This document shows positions 55,777 through 64,000 of a stretch of 64,000 nucleotides of DNA, piece after piece. Made by a program: the position numbers and the translations under genes. Each line of letters begins with the position of its first letter. The first letter of the stretch is position 1. This stretch comes from an uncultured delta proteobacterium (GTDB taxonomy: Bacteria; Myxococcota_A; Polyangia; Fen-1088), in assembly GCA_963796685.1 (NCBI GenBank), contig CAWCMR010000012.1, forward strand, positions 35,872-99,871, read 5' to 3'. A model generated the notes under the pieces. That model was not told where the DNA came from and made no database searches. It was given only the letters and a program-made list of their open reading frames with translations.

Positions 55777-56586
55777 ATGGCAACAACCAAGAAACTGACC
55801 AGCGCGGCCCTGCGCGAGCGCAAGGGTGGGGGCGAGAAGATCGCCGTGGTGACAGCCTATGATGTCGCCTTCGCTCGGCTGGCCGATCGTGCCGGCGTGG
55901 ACATCGTGCTCGTCGGTGACACCCTGGGTATGGTGGTGCAGGGCTTGTCCAACACCTTGCCCGTCACTCTGGACGAGATGATCTACCACTCGCGCATGGT
56001 GGCGCGGGGTACTGAGCATGCCCAGGTCGTCGTGGACATGCCCTTTCTCAGCTACCAGACCTCGATCGAAGATGGCGTGCGAGCGGCGGGGCGACTGCTG
56101 AAAGAGGGCGCGGCCGAGGCGGTCAAGCTGGAGGGCGGGGAGGAAGTCTCGGAGCTTGTCGCGCGACTGGTGTCCATCGGCATTCCGGTGATGGGCCACG
56201 TCGGCATGACGCCCCAATCGGTGTACAAGTTCGGTGGCTTCAGGCTGCAGGGGCGCACCGACGAGCAGGCTCAATCGATCCTCGCTGGCGCACGCGCCTT
56301 GGCCCAGGCCGGAGCCTACGCCATCGTCATCGAGCATGTGCCATCCGCCTTGGGCGCCGCCATCACCCAAGCCGTTCCCGTGCCCACCATCGGCATTGGC
56401 GCCGGGTCGTCCTGCGACGGGCAGGTCCTGGTCATGCACGACCTTCTGGGGCTCGATCCCGAGTGGTCGCCGCGCTTCGCGCGTCGCTACGCCGAGCTCG
56501 GCAAGGAGATCCTCGGGGCCTTCTCCGCCTACGTCGCCGACGTTCGCTCGGGCGCCTTTCCGTCGGACAAGGAATCGTCGCGGTAG
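55777..56586 (+). CDS. panB: 3-methyl-2-oxobutanoate hydroxymethyltransferase
   Basis: TAYD, LVGDTLGM, DMPFLSY, VKLEGG, GHVGMTPQ, TIGIGAG and DGQVLV. The alternative start is 55765. Confidence 0.96.
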   Translation: MATTKKLTSAALRERKGGGEKIAVVTAYDVAFARLADRAGVDIVLVGDTLGMVVQGLSNTLPVTLDEMIYHSRMVARGTEHAQVVVDMPFLSYQTSIEDGVRAAGRLLKEGAAEAVKLEGGEEVSELVARLVSIGIPVMGHVGMTPQSVYKFGGFRLQGRTDEQAQSILAGARALAQAGAYAIVIEHVPSALGAAITQAVPVPTIGIGAGSSCDGQVLVMHDLLGLDPEWSPRFARRYAELGKEILGAFSAYVADVRSGAFPSDKESSR

Positions 56587-56639
56587 GGGCGGGCTTCAAA
56601 CCCCCTGATGTGGGGGGCGGGTTTCAAACCCGCCCCTAC
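56583..56639. repeat. GTAG-type REP doublet (REPIN-like), likely also a terminator between convergent genes
   Basis: GTAGGGGCGGGCTTCAAACCCCC...GGGCGGGTTTCAAACCCGCCCCTAC. GTAG/CTAC ends, and each half is palindromic. Confidence 0.75.
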
Positions 56640-56647
56640 GGGAGGGC

Positions 56648-58360
56648 CTACTCCCGTACCGGCACTGCGCGTAGCGCGGCTTTGCCGTCCTTCTCATAGA
56701 CGGTGAATTGGGCCGTCTTGCAGTTGTGCTTGGCGATGATCTGCTGACGGTTGCTCTTCAGCTTGGCGACGAATTTCTCCAGCGAGAGACCCACGATGGA
56801 TTCGCCACACTTTTGACGAAGGGCCACGTAGGCTTCGAAGACCTGGCTGAAGTGTGCCTGGTCGGAATCCTCGCTGCCATTGGCTGGGGTGGCCGAGGGG
56901 GCAGGAGGCGCGGGCGCCTTGGCCGGCTTGGCCAAAGGAGGCGGAAGCGGTCGTGGGGGCAATGGCTGGGGTGGCGAGGGTGCCAGGAACGGCGCCGGCT
57001 CCGCAGGGGCCGTGAAGGGGGCAGGCGGCGGTGCCACGGGGACGGCCGGCGGTCCCCCGCCCAAACCTGGGGCAGATCGCGGTGTGCCAAAGAGCGACGC
57101 GGCCATGGCCGCGGGCGGTGGGACCGCGGCCTTGACCGGCGCGGCGGAACCTGAAACATCGAAGGACTTTCCGTCGGCGGAGGCCGTCTTGGGATCGAGG
57201 ATGGACGAGATGTCCTTCCTGGCTGTCTCGCTCTTGGGCAGCGGTGCGTGCGTGAAATGCTCGATGGCGGCATTGATATCGCGGGCGATCCCACCCAACT
57301 TTCCGCCGTACTTCGTGTCGTCGATCTTCTGCAGCTCCTGCTTGGCCAAGCTATGGACCTCCGCGCGCAGGTGCTTGAGCGGATTTTCGATCTCCATGCG
57401 TTGGAGAAAGAGACCGACGAAGATGATGCCGATGAGTCCTCCTGCGAGCGACAGCCAGGGGAACTTTCCCCATTTGAGGTCGTCCGAGGAGGTGCTCGAA
57501 AGCAGCGCCCACGGGTCGGATTCGGGCGACTTCTTGGTCATGAGCACGTAGTACGCGCGCTGCTCGGAGGCTTCGCCGGTAAACGGAGCGGCAACGATGA
57601 GCAGGCGCTCGTTGCCCATGTAGAGCGGCAGAGCACGCGAGCGCTTGTTCTTGGCGATCTCCGCGGCGTGTTCTTCGATGATCTCGGGTAGCTGCGTGAG
57701 CAAGGCTTCCGGCAGGGTGGCCGAGAGGACGTTCTTGTGTAGGACGATGGCAACGTCCACGCCGAGGTTGCGCTTCCACATTTCCACCAGGCGCTTACCG
57801 GTCTCCACCTCCACCACCAGGGCACCCACGATGCGATCGTGCGACTTGGAAAACACGGGCGCGGCGCCGATGCGGCGGAGACGGTTGCTTGCGCCCCATA
57901 CGTCGTCGGAAAGGTAGCCGCGTAACGCGTCGGCCACCACCTCGGCCCCCGCGATGGATTCGCCGTATTCGCCCTCGTCGTCCCCCGCCCGCGCCACCAC
58001 GCGGCCTTTGGCATCGACGGCGACAATCGACTCTACCCCGATGGCCTGGCGATTGGGAACCAACTCGCGCAAGCGGTTGCGCACGGAATCGTGCAGGGGC
58101 CGAAGATCGCTGGAACCTCGGGTCGCGGCATCCAAGGCATCGATCAATTTGCCGTCCGTTCCCAGCTTGGCCACATAATCGATCCAGCGGCGGGCATCGT
58201 TCTTCAGCAACTGCTCGGCCGCATACTGGGCACGATCCATGCGTTGGCCTTCCAGCTGCTCGATGTGGCGATCGGCGGGGCGGGGCGCCACGAAGGCCGC
58301 CGTCACGGCGACACCAGCCAGAAGTCCCACGAGTACGAACCAGATCTTGGAGAGGAACAT
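56648..58360 (-). CDS. MXAN_5187-family protein
   Basis: MFLSKIWF start, ALRGYLSDDVW, Pro-rich linker and C-terminal F..Y...R..CGE...F..KL......F.VY.KDGKAALRA.P. Confidence 0.82.
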   Translation of the reverse strand: MFLSKIWFVLVGLLAGVAVTAAFVAPRPADRHIEQLEGQRMDRAQYAAEQLLKNDARRWIDYVAKLGTDGKLIDALDAATRGSSDLRPLHDSVRNRLRELVPNRQAIGVESIVAVDAKGRVVARAGDDEGEYGESIAGAEVVADALRGYLSDDVWGASNRLRRIGAAPVFSKSHDRIVGALVVEVETGKRLVEMWKRNLGVDVAIVLHKNVLSATLPEALLTQLPEIIEEHAAEIAKNKRSRALPLYMGNERLLIVAAPFTGEASEQRAYYVLMTKKSPESDPWALLSSTSSDDLKWGKFPWLSLAGGLIGIIFVGLFLQRMEIENPLKHLRAEVHSLAKQELQKIDDTKYGGKLGGIARDINAAIEHFTHAPLPKSETARKDISSILDPKTASADGKSFDVSGSAAPVKAAVPPPAAMAASLFGTPRSAPGLGGGPPAVPVAPPPAPFTAPAEPAPFLAPSPPQPLPPRPLPPPLAKPAKAPAPPAPSATPANGSEDSDQAHFSQVFEAYVALRQKCGESIVGLSLEKFVAKLKSNRQQIIAKHNCKTAQFTVYEKDGKAALRAVPVRE

Positions 58361-58372
58361 CGTTTACTTCTC

Positions 58373-59074
58373 CTACTCGGCGGTTTCGGCGGCGGCAGCC
58401 GAGCTTCGTACCTTGACGGCGAGATCCAGGCCCCTGGCAGGGACGTCGATCTCCTGTTGGTGGACCCAGCCGCCGTTGCTCCACACCTTCAAAGTGGCGT
58501 GACCCTCGGGGACGTCGGGAATCTTGAATCCCCCCCGGTCGTCCGCGATGGCGAAGAGCGGAGAGCTGGTCACGATGACCGAGATGACGATGTGCGGGTA
58601 CTCCGTGCAGCGCACGAGATACCCACCAGCCGTGGCGAAGCGCTGCTTGCGTACGGTGCCGGAGGCGAGCCGCTCGGGCGGCATCACGTCGGGGTGATCG
58701 GGGATCGTCAGGTCGTGCGAGACCTTGTCCGAATTCCTGAATTCCACGACCGAGCCTTCACTCACCACGATGGCCGCCGGGGTGGCCTGCAGCCCGGAAA
58801 TTTCCACCGATACGCTCTTGGGCGGGATGGCTTGAAACTGCGGTCCCGTGAGGACAACCACCGTGCCGCCGCGCGGATCGGCCCGCTGCACCGGCACGTT
58901 GGTGTTCTCCACGCGCCAGTGACCGAGGAAACGCCGGCCGGTCTTCATTTCGGCAGGAAGGCTGACCGTGCCCTTGACGGTGGCAGCCATGGCCAACCCT
59001 TGCCAAGCAAGTCCGGCTGCCAGGGCGGCGAGCGCAAGCGAAGCACGGTGAGCTCTAGCTCTTCGGTATGTCAT
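58373..59074 (-). CDS. Secreted protein, cupredoxin-like plus carboxypeptidase-regulatory-like domains
   Basis: Signal peptide, V.GTV, GSVVEFRNSDKVSHD and FKIPDVPEG..TLKVW. GGAGG SD upstream. Confidence 0.7.
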   Translation of the reverse strand: MTYRRARAHRASLALAALAAGLAWQGLAMAATVKGTVSLPAEMKTGRRFLGHWRVENTNVPVQRADPRGGTVVVLTGPQFQAIPPKSVSVEISGLQATPAAIVVSEGSVVEFRNSDKVSHDLTIPDHPDVMPPERLASGTVRKQRFATAGGYLVRCTEYPHIVISVIVTSSPLFAIADDRGGFKIPDVPEGHATLKVWSNGGWVHQQEIDVPARGLDLAVKVRSSAAAAETAE

Positions 59075-59254
59075 CCGGCAGGCCTCCTAATGTAAAACAA
59101 TCCGACCGAGCGTGGCGCGGCGGGGGGCGTCTCGTTTGATGCCTGAAGGACCGGGGCCTTTGGCCCGGTGGCGAACCTGGGAGGGTACTTCGGGGTTCCT
59201 GGGCAACAACGTCCCGTTGGCGTGGTGCCGTGAGCTGGTATGCTTGGCGACCCC

Positions 59255-59617
59255 ATGGCAACGACCGCGTCCAAGAGCCTCGAGACCTTCCCCAATCCCA
59301 ACCCGGAACGGGACTACGTCATCCGCTTCGAGTGTCCCGAATTCACCTGCCTTTGCCCGAAGACCGGTCAGCCGGACTTCGCGACCATCCGCGTGGAGTA
59401 CGTGCCGGATGGACTTTGCGTGGAGCTGAAGTCGTGGAAGCTCTACCTGTGGTCCTACCGCAACGAGGGAGCGTTTCACGAAGCCGTCACCAACAAGATT
59501 CTGGACGACCTGGTCGCCGCTACGAAGCCACGTCGAGCGCGCATCGAGGGCGACTTCTACGTTCGTGGCGGCATTCACACCGTGATCGTCGCCGACTACA
59601 CAGCCGGCAAGGGGTAG
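59255..59617 (+). CDS. queF: preQ1 synthase (7-cyano-7-deazaguanine reductase, type I)
   Basis: [34 protein letters not shown] and RGGI. Confidence 0.96.
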   Translation: MATTASKSLETFPNPNPERDYVIRFECPEFTCLCPKTGQPDFATIRVEYVPDGLCVELKSWKLYLWSYRNEGAFHEAVTNKILDDLVAATKPRRARIEGDFYVRGGIHTVIVADYTAGKG

Positions 59618-59659
59618 TCGACAGTCGCCTTTCGACTGCCCGAGCAGACTGTCGACTAC
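59614..59659. terminator. Perfect 13-bp inverted repeat between convergent genes
   Basis: GTAGTCGACAGTC (59614-59626) pairs with GACTGTCGACTAC (59647-59659). Confidence 0.6.
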
Positions 59660-59670
59660 GTGCCCGGCCA

Positions 59671-61236
59671 TCAGCCCTTGTTCTGAATCACCGCGAGCGT
59701 GACGCGGGTTTCGCCGAGGAGGTCGCGCGCGCCAGGGATGCGAACCGCGGTTTCGTCGCGGTCGATCTGCTTTTCGAGGGCGTCGATGACATCCTTGTCA
59801 TTCTTGTTCGCCAGGCGCGCCAGCGATTGCAGGATGGCTTGATGAACGGGGAAACGCTCCGGTTTCAAGCTGGCCACGGGCTTGAGGGCGCCGAGCAGAA
59901 ACGGGATGCCTTGCTTCGCGTTGCCCGAAAAGCCGATCCAGAAGGCGGCCTTCTCGGCACGGGTCCACGACGGGTCGGAAAGGTACTTGCCGTAACAGGC
60001 GATCCTGTCGCCGCATTCCTTGGCGACTTGCATGCGGTCGAGGGCTTCGCCAAAGACGCCCTGGACTTCCTTTTCCTTGTCCGCCAAGGCCTTGAATTCA
60101 TCGTAGTTCTCGGGACCAGCGATGCGGGCCAGGTCGATGGCGGCGTTGGCGCGTAGATCGGAGGCTTTCTGGCCATCCACCACGACATAGCCCGACTTGG
60201 CAGTTTCCATGAGGATGGGAACGGCGCGCTTGTCCCCGGAGAGATAGATGCCATCCTCGGCTGCGGAACGCGTGGGTGCGTCCACTTTCTTATCCTTGAG
60301 GGTACGAAGCAGGACATCCACGGCGTCCTTGGTCCCGATGAAACCAAGCGAAATCAGAATGGATTTGTGCTCTCCCGACTTGGCGGGGACCCTGAGTCGC
60401 GCCGCCAGCGCGGGCACGGCTTTGGCAGCGCGCAGGTCGCCGAGCAGCATGGCGGCCTTGAAGGGCACGATGCCGGGGCTGTACTTGTCGAAATCGAGCT
60501 TCTTCGCCATCTCGTTGATCTCGGGGTTCTTCTCGTTGAGCAACTCGATGAGCGGCGCCACGGCAGGCTCGCCCATGCGCACGAGACCCAGGCGGCACTC
60601 TTGGAAGATATTGGCCCCCCGGCCGGTCATGAACATTCCCTTGATGAGGGCCGGAATCGCCGCGGGATCGCGCAACTCGGCCAAACCCAGGGCGGCCTTC
60701 TGGTTGAGAAGGAAGTCCTGTTCGTCCGCCGAGGTGGTGAGAATCTTGGCCAGCGTCGGCACGGCACGCTTATCCCCTATCTTGACCAAGGCCCGGATGG
60801 CCGCCAGGCGCACGCCGTTGGCCCGCGACTTGATGGGTAATGGGTGCTCGACGGCCTTGATGAGCGCGGGAACCGCCTCGGTCGCCTGCTCCTTCATGTC
60901 GCCCAGGGCGCCGGCCGCCACGATGGCCCGATCGAAGTCGTCCTCCGTGAAATCCAAGGCGTCGATGAACAGAGGAATCGTGCTCGGATCCTTGTAGCGG
61001 ACCAGCGCCTCCAGGTGCTCGGGCTTCTTGGTTTCCTTGTAGAGGTCGATGAGCGCGGGCAGGGCCACCTTGGCGCGATCCACGCCCATGCGGGCCAGTT
61101 GGTTCAGTGCCTCCTGCTGGTCCCTCACGTTCTTGAGCTTCTTGGCCCAGGTCATGGGGTCGTTGGGATCCCCTGTGCAGGCCACGACCAGGGAACAAGA
61201 GAATAAGGACAATACGGCTAGCGTTCGGATCTGCAT
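59671..61236 (-). CDS. HEAT-repeat lipoprotein
   Basis: Lipobox VVAC and repeated AA.ALG....AVP.L helical units. GAGG SD upstream. Confidence 0.85.
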   Translation of the reverse strand: MQIRTLAVLSLFSCSLVVACTGDPNDPMTWAKKLKNVRDQQEALNQLARMGVDRAKVALPALIDLYKETKKPEHLEALVRYKDPSTIPLFIDALDFTEDDFDRAIVAAGALGDMKEQATEAVPALIKAVEHPLPIKSRANGVRLAAIRALVKIGDKRAVPTLAKILTTSADEQDFLLNQKAALGLAELRDPAAIPALIKGMFMTGRGANIFQECRLGLVRMGEPAVAPLIELLNEKNPEINEMAKKLDFDKYSPGIVPFKAAMLLGDLRAAKAVPALAARLRVPAKSGEHKSILISLGFIGTKDAVDVLLRTLKDKKVDAPTRSAAEDGIYLSGDKRAVPILMETAKSGYVVVDGQKASDLRANAAIDLARIAGPENYDEFKALADKEKEVQGVFGEALDRMQVAKECGDRIACYGKYLSDPSWTRAEKAAFWIGFSGNAKQGIPFLLGALKPVASLKPERFPVHQAILQSLARLANKNDKDVIDALEKQIDRDETAVRIPGARDLLGETRVTLAVIQNKG

Positions 61237-61360
61237 CTAGGCACCTCCCCAGAGAAAGGAAACTCCATATAGACCTGCGGCCGACCCCTGATGGAGCCGG
61301 CCGCGACGAGACAGTCTGAGCGGCAGCCGGGAACGCTCGTTGGAACGTCCCGACCGTCCA

Positions 61361-61930
61361 CTACTCGGCGGCTGGCGCTGCTGCGCCTCCCTTGGCCTTG
61401 GGACGAACGGCAAAGTTCACGTTCTGGTAGCCGGCCGCGGCCGCAGAGAACATGACCTTGCGTAGCATCTTGAATTCGACGGCCTTGTCGGACTGGATGA
61501 TGCAAACGCCCTTGAAGTCCTCGGATGGGTGAAGCAGCTTGTAGTTGTTCTTGTCGGTGACGAGCTCATCGTGCAGCTCGGTGATCTTCATGTCACCGGT
61601 GGCGGAGTCCTTCATCAGGTCTTCGCCCGTGGCCACCTGCCGGCCGTCTAGCGTGACCACGTCCTTGGTCACGCCGATGACCGGTGCCCGTTCGAGGTCG
61701 CTCCAATTTTGAGCATCGGGCAGGGTGATGTTCTTCTGCACGAAGAGGATTTCTCCGGAGGCCGAGAACGACATGAGGAGGAAGATGACGAGCATCGTCA
61801 TCATGTCGATGTAGGCCACCAAATTGAGTGCCGAGTTGGTGCTCTTGCGTCCACCGTGGCCCAGCTTGTTCGAGGCCACTTCGAGCTTGATAGAGTGGTA
61901 AAGATGCGCCTTGGGTACTTCGATTGGCAT
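61361..61930 (-). CDS. aglS: ExbD/TolR-family motor subunit, AglS-like
   Basis: LNLVAYIDMMTMLVIFLLMSFSASGE, I.LPDA and IQSDK.V.F; last gene in R-Q-S order. Confidence 0.75.
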   Translation of the reverse strand: MPIEVPKAHLYHSIKLEVASNKLGHGGRKSTNSALNLVAYIDMMTMLVIFLLMSFSASGEILFVQKNITLPDAQNWSDLERAPVIGVTKDVVTLDGRQVATGEDLMKDSATGDMKITELHDELVTDKNNYKLLHPSEDFKGVCIIQSDKAVEFKMLRKVMFSAAAAGYQNVNFAVRPKAKGGAAAPAAE

Positions 61931-61941
61931 GGCTGGTCTCC

Positions 61942-62415
61942 CTAAATTCCGGCTGCGCCGCTGTCAATCAACGAGATATCGGGAAATCTCGCTTGTATAG
62001 CGGTGTCCATGGTTCGCACCAAGGTGTCGAATTTGATGGTGTCTTCCGACGCCACCTGGGCGTCGTTCTTGTCGGGATGGCCTTCCTTGGCCTTCTTCAG
62101 CTCGGCTGCAAGCCGTTCGAAGTCGTAGTCGCTGCCCTTCTTCGGAATCGGCGTTTGGTCTTGGCCCACGACGAGGTTGAATCCTTCTTGGTTCACCAGC
62201 ACCACGACCTTGACCTGGAGCTCCGGTGGAGTTTCCTCGCCGGCCTGACCCTGGCCCTTTTGCTGGGCCTGCAGGCGCGCGAGCTGGGTCCAGACCGCGG
62301 TGATGAGAAGGAACGCGACCATGCAAGTGAGCAGGTCGATGTAGGGGACGAGGTTGAGTTCGGCGTTGAGGGACTTCTTCCCAGACTTGCCGCCGGTTTC
62401 GACTGAAACGCTCAT
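61942..62415 (-). CDS. aglQ: ExbD/TolR-family motor subunit, AglQ-like
   Basis: GKKSLNAELNLVPYIDLLTCMVAFLLITAVWTQ with the TM Asp retained. Confidence 0.78.
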   Translation of the reverse strand: MSVSVETGGKSGKKSLNAELNLVPYIDLLTCMVAFLLITAVWTQLARLQAQQKGQGQAGEETPPELQVKVVVLVNQEGFNLVVGQDQTPIPKKGSDYDFERLAAELKKAKEGHPDKNDAQVASEDTIKFDTLVRTMDTAIQARFPDISLIDSGAAGI

Positions 62416-62470
62416 GGTTGTGCTCCCATCCGGGAGCGGCAAAAGCCGCTCCTAGAGTTGTTTGGCAGGG

Positions 62471-63109
62471 TTAGTGACGGGCGCCGCCGTCGCGACCGGT
62501 CACGACGAGATTGAGCGCCTCGACCGAGGCCTGGTTGACGCCGTCGAGGATGAACTGGGTCTTGCCGTTGAGCACGGCGTAAGCAGCCAGCCCCAAGATG
62601 CCGGTGCCGAGACCGAACGCGGTGCAGTTCATGGCCTCGGAGATACCTTTGGAGAGCATGGTGGCTTTCATGGATGGGTCGACGCCCGCGACCGAGGCGA
62701 AGGACTTGATGAGACCCGTGATGGTGCCGAGGAGGCCGGCGAGGGTGGCCAGGTTTCCGAGCATGGCCAGGTACCCGGTCCGCTTCTCGATCTTGGGAAG
62801 CTCGCGCAGGGCTTCTTCATCCATACCCTGCTGGATCTCGTGCTCGGAGCCGCCTTGCTCGGCCTTGCGCAGACCGGCCGCGATGATCTTGGTCACGCCG
62901 GTCGGGGTGGCGTCGCAGCTCGAAATAGCGCCCCGGAGATTGCCGGCGACAATCTGGGACTTCACCAGCGACATCAACTTATCGACGTCGATTTTGGACT
63001 TGGCGAGGAATGTCGCGCGCTCGATGGTCACGTACACCGTGATGCAGAAGAGCAGAAGAATTGGGTACATGCCCCAGCCGCCTTCTTTGAAGCCTTCCAA
63101 CAAAAACAT
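62471..63109 (-). CDS. aglR: MotA/TolQ/ExbB motor subunit, AglR-like copy 2
   Basis: GGWGMYPI, EKRTGYLAMLGNLATLAGLLGTITGLI and GISEAMNCTAFGL. Confidence 0.8.
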   Translation of the reverse strand: MFLLEGFKEGGWGMYPILLLFCITVYVTIERATFLAKSKIDVDKLMSLVKSQIVAGNLRGAISSCDATPTGVTKIIAAGLRKAEQGGSEHEIQQGMDEEALRELPKIEKRTGYLAMLGNLATLAGLLGTITGLIKSFASVAGVDPSMKATMLSKGISEAMNCTAFGLGTGILGLAAYAVLNGKTQFILDGVNQASVEALNLVVTGRDGGARH

Positions 63110-63153
63110 AGCAGAATCTCCTTTTTTCTCAGCGTTTCGAAACTGGTTGAGGG

Positions 63154-63795
63154 TTACCCGTGCTTGGCAGCTTTGGCGCTGGCCACGAGGTTGACGACGT
63201 TCTTCTTCATTTCGGCGATATCGTCGAGGATCGACTGGGTCTTGCCGTTCAGCCAAGCAAAGGACGCCAGGCCGATGATGCCGGTGCTGAGGCCGAAAGC
63301 CGTGCAGTTCATGGCCTCGGAGATGCCCTTGGAGAGCAACGTTGCCTTCTGCGACGGATCCACGCCAGCGACGCCGGCAAAGGCCTTGATGAGGCCGGTG
63401 ATGGTGCCGAGGAGGCCGGCGAGGGTGGCCAGGTTACCGAGCATGGCGAGGTAGCCGGTTCGCTTCTCGACCACGGGCAACTCACGCAGCGAGGCCTCTT
63501 CCATGGCCGCCACGATTTCGGGCTCGGAGCGATTGGCGCGCATGAGACCCGTTTGCACGATGCGGGTGAGCGGCGTGGGGTTCCCGGAGCAAACCTTGAT
63601 GGCGCCCTGGATGTTGCCCTGGGAGATTTGGGAGCGGAGCAGGGCAATCAGCTTCTCCTTGTCGATCACGGCCTTGCGCAGGGTAACCGCGCGCTCCACG
63701 ATGATGGATACCGTAATCATTAGAAGGACGAGGATGGGCCACATCCCCCATCCGCCTTCATGGAAGGCATCGGCCAATAGCTTCAGAACGGTCAT
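63154..63795 (-). CDS. aglR: MotA/TolQ/ExbB motor subunit, AglR-like copy 1
   Basis: GGWGMWPI and the same TM2/TM3 motifs as copy 2. GGAGG SD upstream. Confidence 0.8.
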   Translation of the reverse strand: MTVLKLLADAFHEGGWGMWPILVLLMITVSIIVERAVTLRKAVIDKEKLIALLRSQISQGNIQGAIKVCSGNPTPLTRIVQTGLMRANRSEPEIVAAMEEASLRELPVVEKRTGYLAMLGNLATLAGLLGTITGLIKAFAGVAGVDPSQKATLLSKGISEAMNCTAFGLSTGIIGLASFAWLNGKTQSILDDIAEMKKNVVNLVASAKAAKHG

Positions 63796-64000
63796 GGTTT
63801 CCTCCTTCGGTCATTTGTCGGTGGCGTGGGCAGTGCTTTTTCCAGCCACACGGACCACCGACCAACGAAAACAAAAAAGCGGTTGGGAGCTGAATAGGTT
63901 CTAGGTCTGCCCCGACGCCAATCGCCACACTCAGATAGGCTCGAACCAATGAAGTGCATTTCAAATGCCACAGTTGGGATTTCTTGTCTAGCCCGGATTC

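Noticed and set aside
59075-59254. preQ1 riboswitch upstream of queF
   Set aside because: No preQ1-I stem with A-rich tail, and the promoter appears to sit immediately before the start codon.

Overview
GC-rich bacterial DNA whose gene content (aglR/aglQ/aglS-like motor genes, an MXAN_5187-family gene, many lipoproteins with Gly/Thr- or 'DAG/DGG'-rich linkers) points to a myxobacterium of the Polyangia type (inference). Layout: (1) 1-15.5 kb is an accessory region with an AAA+DUF4143 ATPase, a LytS/LytTR pair with a DUF4405 protein, a run of lipid-anchored 'stalked' proteins (GH9 glucanase, serine esterase, beta-helix, beta-propeller, unknown heads), vapBC and several gene remnants. (2) 15.5-24.2 kb carries a tandem pair of cyanophycin synthetases with complementary motif losses, a REC-EAL protein, cysteine synthase and alaA. 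(3) 25.6-33.7 kb is an exbB-exbD-tonB-lipoprotein-TBDR-OMP-CDP-alcohol phosphotransferase run. (4) 34.6-54 kb is a dense cluster of seven GT-C-like membrane proteins (including a PIG-V-like pair), a Thr-type sulfatase-fold protein and DUF2914, interrupted by mocR/ilvE; this is the best candidate for an undescribed system. (5) 55-64 kb holds core genes (dNK, panB, queF, HEAT lipoprotein) and an Agl-type motor operon with a duplicated aglR. I saw no rRNA, tRNA, CRISPR array or intact mobile element. Several single-base frameshifts may be sequencing errors. Family assignments come from motif recognition by eye, not from database searches.
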